Shown in pieces: positions 55,516 to 64,000 of a stretch of DNA of 64,000 nt; position 1 is the stretch's first letter; each line of letters opens with the position of its first letter. The position numbers and the translations under genes were made by a program. The stretch comes from the human T2T-CHM13v2.0 reference genome, Homo sapiens. The stretch lies in assembly GCF_009914755.1 (NCBI RefSeq), contig NC_060929.1; one strand, written 5' to 3'. The notes below the pieces were generated by a model. That model ran no database searches. It worked only from the letters and a program-made list of their open reading frames with translations, and was not told the origin of the DNA.

Positions 55516-57349
55516 AAACAGAAGAGAAAAAAAAGAGAAGGCAGCTTAAGACCAAGCATTAAGGAACTCCAACTTTATGGAAGGATAAACAAAGACATAC
55601 TTGAAGAATGAGCAAGGAGTTAGGAGAAAAGAATGTTGTATCATAAAGATGAAAAAAAAGTAACACCTATTTCAAGATATTTGAAAAAAGAGGTCAAGAA
55701 AGATAAAAACTGAAAAATATCTGTTGGCTCTAGTAACAGCAGAAAGTGGGTTGAAGAACGTTTGAAGAAGTAAGAAAACTAAGAAAAAAAGTACAGGCAA
55801 TTCATTTGATAAGTTTGGCTGTGACAGGAAGAAGAAAGAGGGAGGTCACTGAAAGAAAAGGCACAAGACTAAGAAAATTTTATTTTATTTTTTAAATGTG
55901 AGAAGCCACTAGAGACAAATTGTAGATCCAGGAAGAATTTGAAAGGAATGGTGAAGGTTTCAAAAGAGTCATATCAGAGAGCAGCTAAGTGACTTTAATA
56001 AGGTGGCCAGAAAAAAACATATTGGAATTGTTCCCACAGATTTGACACTAGAGTTGAGAACTGCCAATCTAAAAGAGTTCAATTTAGTTTAGTTATTAGG
56101 AAATTGCACAGAGCATTATGTGAAAGAGATTTTCAGAGAAGCCCTGATTTTAGTGCTGAATTGGATGATTTTTTAAAAATTATTTATAGCCCTATACCAT
56201 TCTTAGGATGTTTCAAGGAGTCTCTACCTTGTCTCTCTAAAATTAACTGAGAATCTTAACGGTTAATCATTCCATACATTTTTTTTAGTTTTCCAGTTTA
56301 CTAATTTTGTCTTCTTTAACCCAGCTTTTCATATGTAAAATCTCCATTTGGGTACTTTTTTCAAATTCACTTATTCTTTTTTATTATGTCCTGTTCTTGC
56401 CTTATCGACTATATTTCTTTTTTTAAATCTCTTAACACGCTCATTTTTAAAAGTTCCTTATATATTTCTCGGTTATATAGTCTTCAAAAGTGAATTCTTC
56501 TGGTTATATGTCTGCTTATACTTGTTCGTTGGCAGTTGATTTTCTGGCATGTTTCGTAATTTATAATTGTGAGTTTATCTTTAGTGGGCATTGTTTCTGT
56601 ATGTCTTGGCTGTTCTGAATTATGGAAGCAATTCTGTGGGGCCAGTTTTGTGTTTGATTTTCTGTGATCTTATGGCTTTTACCAGTAAAAGACTTGTTTT
56701 AATGTTATTTTCTCTGTTCAGGGTTTCCAAGCTCCTTGAGAAGTGCTAATTCAGCCTCACAGCCACAAATCGTGCAGATTTGGAGTGCTAGTTCTCCTGG
56801 TGACTCTCTTTCTATCCTTTGTCCAGAGTGACTGGCTTCTACTGTACTGTATTCCTCAGACCAAACAGCCTTCCTAGCTTGCTGCTATACATAGAGTGTA
56901 GAATTTTGACTCCTATATCTCTCTACCATAAACATCAGGGTTTTAAACCTTTTATCTAGCATTTTAATCTAATTAGCACTGGAGAAATACTTCCTGCATC
57001 AGCATGGTCCTCCATATTGACTAAAGAATTTGTGGGCTATATAAAAACTTTTCTAGTTGTTTCTTAAAATATATGGTTTGATGACTGATATGGAAGTTAG
57101 CATATGTTAGAAATCCAAAACTGTCAAATTTGGAATGTGTATAAATGCACATTTGAAGCCATATTCTGAGACTAGAATTACAAATTCTTTTGACACAACA
57201 ATGACATTTATAAAAATTTATGTTTCTTTAAGAATTAGAAATTAAAAGAATTCTGTAACATACATGTCTGTATATTTAAAGTAACTTCCATATGCTCTTA
57301 ATCACTGGTGTTTTCTGATAACCTTAATATCTAAACTTTTCCCATGACA

Positions 57350-57479
57350 TAATGTGGACTTTGTGTCAGGCATATGAAAAATAAGAATAAGATTTAGAGA
57401 ATAAGATATAGAATTCTCTAAATCTTATTCTCTAAATCTTATTCTTATTTTTCATATGCCTGACACAAAGTCCACATTA
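57350..57479. repeat. Long inverted repeat: identical 58-bp arms, 14-bp spacer
   Basis: 57350-57407 is the exact reverse complement of 57422-57479. Confidence 0.97.
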
Positions 57480-58402
57480 GTCCATAGTAGAATAAGATGT
57501 AGAGAGAAGTAGGCATCCTTCAAGTTTGTGTGTGAAGAGGTTAAATGATATAATGAAAAGAGAGGAAAGGAAATAATTTAAGAATGAATGACAGTCCACA
57601 AAGTCACATATTTAGAAAATATACTTTTTATTACTTTTAATTAAGTTATTTATACATAATACAGTGAATATAATGGGTACTTGCTGAATTAATTAATTTC
57701 TATATTAAGCCCAGTTTCTATGAGGAGGTAGAAACTAAGTCTTAATAAATACAGGGCCTTCTTCTCTCTTTTCTCCCTGGGTCTGGGTCCTAAGATTCTA
57801 GTGCCTTTGAGTGCCAGTATGTTGGCAAGGATGAATATTTGGCTTGTCTGATGCTTTCTGAGCTATAGCCCTCCAGGTCACTGTACTTTCTTTATTCTGC
57901 TAACTAAAAGATGTTTACTATTTACTCAGTACTAAATCAGTGACATCTTCTGCTACTCCCCTACCACCCTAAGCATGAGAAAATTCTGAGACCTTGCTTT
58001 CTCTTTAGAGTGTATTCTGGAAGTGGGATGAAGTGAGCTTCCCTGCTGACAAAACTCCAAACCTTATGGAATGTTCTATCCTGTCATTCTCCCACCAATT
58101 ATAAGCTGAGGCAAATATGTTGCAGAGTACCTTCCCAGAGATCCATCAGCATCTTGCCCCAACCCCATAGAATCTTTGTCTACTATGTGTTGAGCATAAG
58201 GGGATGGGGAAAAGAGGAGCAGGAAAAAGACCTTCCAAATCTATTATTTATGCTCAGAATCATGGGCTTCTGAAAATCAAAGGCCAAAAATTTAATAATT
58301 TAATTTCTTTGTTATCCACATACTGTTGTGTCATCCATTCCTTGAGCATTTTCTGCTTCTGCCTGAATGGAGAGGAAGGGTCATGGATAACCAGAACTGG
58401 GA

Positions 58403-58416
58403 ACAAAAAATACATT

Positions 58417-58463
<47 letters not shown>

Positions 58464-58494
58464 AAAAACCACATTGGTGTGTGTGTGTGTGTGT
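58403..58494. repeat. Compound (GT)n microsatellite with duplicated flank
   Basis: acaaaaa(at/cc)acattgg(tg)n occurs twice in tandem. Confidence 0.95.
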
Positions 58495-59151
58495 TTATTT
58501 ATTTTCTCCACAAAGAAACAAAGGAGAAAGGAATAAAGCAGGAAAAGAGGCCCAAGAGATTTAGTAAAGGAGAGAAAAGACTAAATGACCTCTTTATTCT
58601 TTAAAGTAATGTATGACATGCCTGTGACTGAAGATTTAACAGATCTAGAACCAGTGGACAAGTATAACGATTGTTGCTGGGGAGGCTGAAAAATGAATTT
58701 TGTTATGGAGCCATGTTCTCTCTCAGTGATAGCTCAATGGGATTTCTCACCTACCTAGAAATCAGAAACTAAGAACTTTGATTTATTAAAAAAATTTAAA
58801 AATAAATGAGGGAATACAAATCAAAATAATGTAAACTCAGGGGATATGATTATTTTAAGTCTTATAAGGAAAAAAATCAGAATTATTCTTTATAAAACCA
58901 GCGTATTTTATTCCACTCAAATGAAAATTACCTTCTGATTATTTTGCTTTCGAAATGTCTTATATTACCAACGCAAGCACCTGGTTCAGGCCCTTGATAT
59001 CCATGCCTTAATAACCCTCCTTCTGCCATTTAACACTCACAATCTTGAAGATATCTTCTCTTCATGTTTTTCTCCCTTTTTAAAGAATTAATTCATAGGT
59101 CCTACTTGCTCAGCATGTTCGCTGTAGCATCCCTAGTGCCTTGGGTATTCT

Positions 59152-59315
59152 TGCTATGGATGGAATTACATCTTCCCAAAATTCATATGTTTAAACCCTA
59201 ATCCCCAATGTGATATTTGGAGACCGAGCTTTTAAGGTTAAATGAAGTTAGGATCCTAATACAATAGGATGGGTGGTCTTAAAAAAAAAAAAGGGGAAAA
59301 AAAAAAAAAGAGACC
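59152..59315 (+). mobile_element. MLT1A/MST LTR 5' fragment
   Basis: tgctatggatggaatt...cccaaaattcatatgtttaaaccctaatccccaatgtg. Confidence 0.75.
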
Positions 59316-59719
59316 GCAGAGAGTGGAAGGAGGAACAAGTCTAAGACAGTAGGGAAGGGGAAAGGCAAGCAAAATGGAAAGAAGTAAAAGCTGAATATAA
59401 AAAGCAGGAATGAGATCATCCTGTTTATGTAAAATATGTATCTAAGTTAAAAACAAGTGGAAAAGATTGATCAATATATGCTGACTTATATTCATGGTAT
59501 GTTGGTAAGGGAAAAATAAATAAGCAGTGTACTTATGGGCACACATGCTTTTGTATTTTGTGTGAGCCAAGGAAAGGTATGAGAGGAGTTACCAATGTTG
59601 CCTCAAGGATGGTTGTTTCTGGAAGGTAGGGGCTGGGCAGGTGGGATGGAGGTGGTTATAGTGATTTTAGCTGTAAATAACAAAAACAGGATTGACAGGG
59701 GCTTGGCAAGTTGATGTTT

Positions 59720-60090
59720 ATTTTTCTCATAAGTGTAGTAGTTTCTGCAGTCAGGGATACAGACTAATTTTGTGTCTTCATTCCTTCTGTTCTCATGCAT
59801 GTTGCCTCATTTTGCAAGATGACTGACACAAATGGAAATACCAGGGACAAATCATGTTCGAGGAAGGGAAAAGGAATAGTGTCAGCTCCTTCTTCTCCTT
59901 TCATCAGGAAATCAAAAGCTTACACAGAACCTTTGAGCATACTTTTCCTTTGGTCTCATTGGCCAAAGCTGGGCCAACTCTAGCTGAAGAATGCCTAGGT
60001 AAACAACTATTTAGGCTTTCTGCATTCTATAATGGAGAATATTTTTATAAAGAAGAAGAGGGCTGGGGAAAGTATTGGTTTATCCAACCA
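59720..60090 (-). mobile_element. Old MLT1 LTR
   Basis: ttgcaagatgactg...tctcattggccaaagctgggcca motifs. Confidence 0.55.
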
Positions 60091-60883
60091 AGAGTATCTG
60101 TGACAGTTTGTTTTGCCTTAATCAGTATTATATTTCATTGTTTCATTGTTTGCTATAATGTGTTCATTTTACAGTTAGAAAATAAATGTCTAATTTAGAA
60201 CTTGCCATCACTCAACTAGTTGATCTCTCAGCCTAAAAATGTGAGATTGCTGAGTGTCGAAATGGCATGTGAAAAAGAGGAAGGAAGAAGATGGTGGAAG
60301 ACAATGGCAGGGCCTGCACTTTTAACGTAATGATCTCATCCACCGGTTAGTAATCATGATTTGGCCAGTTACCTGTAAACTGATTTACCTGATGTGTAAA
60401 TCCTTTCCCAGAGACTAGATGGCAGTTTCTCTGGACTGAGAAAGAGTGGAGATTTTTAATAGTCTCAAGAGACACAGACAGCAAGCTCTTCCAGATTCTA
60501 TTTTAAAAGATCTGTCTTGCAGTAGTAGAGAGCCTAAGTTGTACAAATTGTGAGACAGGAGGAAATGCTAAGTCCAGACAAGAGATTATGAGAACTGAAC
60601 TGAGGTGGTAACAGTGGCAAAAGATAAAGGGAGTAAAGTATAAGAAAAGTTAAGCAAGTAAAATGTACGTGAACTGATGGCTAGTGAAATGTAGAAAGAG
60701 ATAATAATGGAAGAATCTAAAATGATTACTAAATTTCCTTCTTAGATGAATAATAATTGGATCGTGGTAACAGTAATTAAGATTTTGGGTGAGGTATAGG
60801 TTTAAAGGAAAAGTTAACTTACCTTTGAACATGTTATGCCTGCCTTTGCCTGTGTGGCAAATCCACAGAGAGATGGATATCTA

Positions 60884-61021
60884 TTTATTTAAATTTTTGT
60901 AGAGATGGGGGTCTCATTGTGTTGTTGCCTAGGCTGGTCTCAAACTCCTGGCCTCAAACTGTCTTCCTGCCTTGACCTCCCAAAGTGCTGGGATTGCAGG
61001 TGTGAGCTGCTGTGCCTGGTA
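60884..61021 (-). mobile_element. Free left Alu monomer (FLAM_C-like) within L2
   Basis: Single left arm flanked by TSD gatggatatcta at 60872 and 61023. Confidence 0.88.
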
Positions 61022-61912
61022 TGATGGATATCTAATAGATAGATTAATGGTTTGGGGGTTTAGGAGAGTGGTCCCAGCCAAAGCTAGAGATTGAATCATT
61101 AGATTAACAAGTAGTGGTTGAAACCATAGTAATTAAAGATATGACTACTCAAGGAGAATGTATACTGTTAGAAATGAAAAGAACCAAGGCTGGGCCCTAT
61201 AACATACCAACATTTAATGGTTTGCCAAGGGAAAAGCCAGAAAAACAAAGAGTTAGAAGCTAAAAGGAGACTCTATTCAAGTGGCATCCCTGAACTGGAT
61301 AACTTTAAGAGATTGGCCAACAATATTAAATGCTGCAGAATTATTGAGTACAATGAGAACTAAAAATAGAGTTTTAGATATGGCAATTGGGTCACAGATT
61401 TTTGGCTATAGCAATTTTATTTTAATAGTGGGTACTGGGAAAGAATAGACAGAAGTGATCAGGAACTCTACTCTGAAGGGAAGGAAAGAAGTGACTATGG
61501 CTAGATGAAAATGTAGCATCCAGAGAGGGGTTTTTCTGTTGTTGTTTTTTGTTTGTTTTTTGTTTTTTGAATAGGAGGGATTTGTACATGTGTGTCTCCT
61601 TTAGGGAAGGCCATGTCAAGAGAGAAATGATGATCTTATTTTAAAAAAGTATTTAAAAGTATGCTTATACATAGGAAAAATCTCTAGGAAGATACATACT
61701 TAAATATTAGTAATTCTGGCTAATGGGTGTCTTTTATTTTTTCTACTTTTTTATATCAGTTAATTTTTCACAATGAATATTTATTGAGAATCTAAACACA
61801 TTTTAGACTATTTAGAGTTATCTTTAATCCTACTACATCCTATGATGAGTTAATGAAAGGTTGACTGGGTGCTTTTATTACCAATATGTCCTCAAAAATA
61901 TAGTCCATTTTT

Positions 61913-62117
61913 GGCCAGACGTGGTGGCTCACATCTTTAATCCCAGCACTTTGGAAAGCCAAGGCATGTGGATCACTTGAGGTCAGGAGTTCAAGACCAG
62001 CCTGGCCAACATGGTGAAACCCCATCTCTGCTAAAAATACAAAAATTAGCCGGGCGTGGTGGTGCACGCCTGTAGTCCCAGATACGTAGGAGGCTGAGGC
62101 AGGAGAATCACTTGAAT
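61913..62117 (+). mobile_element. AluS, 3' part deleted
   Basis: Normal Alu up to ggagaatcacttgaa, then an abrupt end with no tail. Confidence 0.9.
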
Positions 62118-62129
62118 CACCTATGTATA

Positions 62130-64000
62130 TATGAGATGGTATGTCAGTGTGGTTTTTGATTTGTACTTAATGATTAGTAATGTTGAACATTTTTTTTCAT
62201 ATGCTAGTTGGCCATGTGTATGTCTTCTTTTGACAAGTGTCTGTTCATGTCCTTTGCCCATTTTTTAATGGAGTTGTTTTTTCCTTGTTAAGTTTCTTTC
62301 AGATTCTGGATATTAGACCTTTGTTGGATGCATAGTTTGCAAATATTTTCTTCCATTCTATAGATTGTCTGATTAGTCTATTGATTGTTTTTTTGGCTGT
62401 GCAGAAGTTCTTTAGTTTAATTACATCATATTTGTCAATTTTTGTTTTTGCTGCTGTTGCTTTGTCTTTGTAATGAAATCTTTGCCAGGGCCTATGACCA
62501 GAATGGTATTTCCTAAGTTTTCTTCTAGGGTTTTATAGTTTTATGGTTTATATTTAAGTCTTGAATCCATCTTGAGTTGATTTTTATATTGTAAATAAGG
62601 TGTCCAGTGTTAATCTTCTGCTATGGCTATCCAGTTGTCCCAGTATGATTTATTGAATAGGGAGTCTTTTCCTCATTGTTTTTTTTTTGTCGACTTTGTT
62701 GAAGATCAGATGGTTTTAGGTGTGCAGCTTTTTTCTGGTCTCTCTGTACTGTTACATTGGTCTGCGTGTCTGTTTTTGTATCAGTACCATGCTGTTTTGG
62801 TTACTGTAGCCTTGTAGTATAGTTTAAAGTAGTGTGATACCTCCAGCTTTGTACCCTTTGCTTAGGATTGCTTTGGGTATTCTAACTCTTTTTGGTTCCA
62901 TATGCATTTTAGAATAGTTTTTCCTAATTCTGTGGAAAATGTCATTGGTAGTTTGATAGAAATAGCATTAAATCTGTAAATTGCTTTGGGCTGTATGGCC
63001 ATTTTAATAACATTGATTCTTTGTATCCCCTGTCCATGAGCATGGGATGTTTTTCCATTTGTATTTGTCATGTCTGATTTCTTTCAGCAGTGTTTTGAAA
63101 TTTTCATTGCAGAGATCTTTCACCTCCCTGGTTAGCTGTATTCCTAGGTATTTTTGTGTGTGTGGTTATTGTGAATGGGATTGCATCCTTGATTTCACAC
63201 TAGACTCAGACAGTGTTGGAATATAGAAATGCTGCTGATTTTTGTACATTGATTTTATATCCTGAAACTTTGCTGAAGTTATTTATCAGATCTAGGAGCT
63301 TTTGGGCAGAGACTGTGGGGTTTTCTGTATATAAAATCATATCATCCATGAAGATAGTTTGACTTCCTCTGTTATTATTTGGATGTCTTTTGTTTCTTTC
63401 TCTTGCCTGATTGCTCTGGCTAGGACTTCCAGTACTATGTTGACTAGGCATGATGAGAATGGGAATCCTTGTCTTATTCCAGTTCTTAAGCAGAATGCTT
63501 CCAGCTTTTGCCTATTCAGGATAATGTTGGCTGTGGGTTTGTCATAGATGACTCCTGTTATTTTGAGGTATGTTCCTTCAGTGCCTAGTTGCCTAGTTTG
63601 TTGAGGACTTTTTTTTTTGAGATGGAGTCTTGTTCTGTTGCCCAGGCTGGAGTGAAGTGGCATGATGTCAGCTCACTGCAACCTCTGCCTCCCAGGTTCA
63701 AGCAATTCTCCTGCCTCAGCCTCCTGAGTAGCTGGGATTACAGGTATGCGCCACCATGCCTGGCTAATTTTGTATTTTCAGTAGAGACAAGGTTTCACCA
63801 TGTTGGCCAGGCTGGTCTCGAACTCCTGACCTTGTGATCCACCCGCCTTGGCATCGCAAAGTGCTGGGATTACAGGTCTAAGCCACCGTGCCTCGCTGAG
63901 GATTTTTAACATGAAGGGATGTTAAATTTTATCAAAAGCCTTTTCTGCATCTATTCAGATGATCATGTGGTTTTTCCTTTTAGTTCTGTTTATGTGATGA
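62130..64000 (-). mobile_element. L1PA/PB (older primate L1) ORF2 region, running off the window
   Basis: Minus-strand ORF2 fragments ([24 protein letters not shown]). Confidence 0.9.
63608..63896 (-). mobile_element. AluS inserted in the L1
   Basis: Antisense dimer. TSD tgagga(c/t)tttt at 63602 and 63897. Confidence 0.93.

Larger units (their letters stand above)
54145..55850. mobile_element. L2, interrupted by a MER41-like fragment
   Basis: ttcattcaacaaatatt terminus; ggagtcagggaaggctt; gagttcagtatggatgtattgaattgaggtgcct. Confidence 0.75.

Overview
This is AT-rich, repeat-dense hominoid genomic DNA (human or great ape, based on an SVA and an L1PA2-type insertion). No protein-coding gene, RNA gene or CRISPR array could be confidently identified, and nearly all long ORFs in the track come from L1, SVA-VNTR, Alu or MaLR sequence. 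The window looks intronic or intergenic; most L1 copies lie on the minus strand, a weak hint of a plus-strand host intron. The main finding is a 5'-truncated SVA_A-type element (7399-8795) whose target-site duplication closes only after a further ~1.1 kb of GC-rich sequence and a second A-tail, i.e. an SVA-mediated 3' transduction (TSD 7383-7398 / 9942-9957). Other notable structures: a near-perfect 130-bp palindrome at 57350-57479; a twin-primed L1 with a ~1 kb deletion at the inversion; an L1PA2 fragment carrying an 11-nt mini-transduction; a full-length L1PA nested in an older L1MA; a two-LTR MaLR provirus with a nearly intact internal ORF; and a MER41 fragment with one intact GAS site. Repeat subfamily names come from recalled consensus sequences, not from a search. 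Boundaries of old repeats are approximate.
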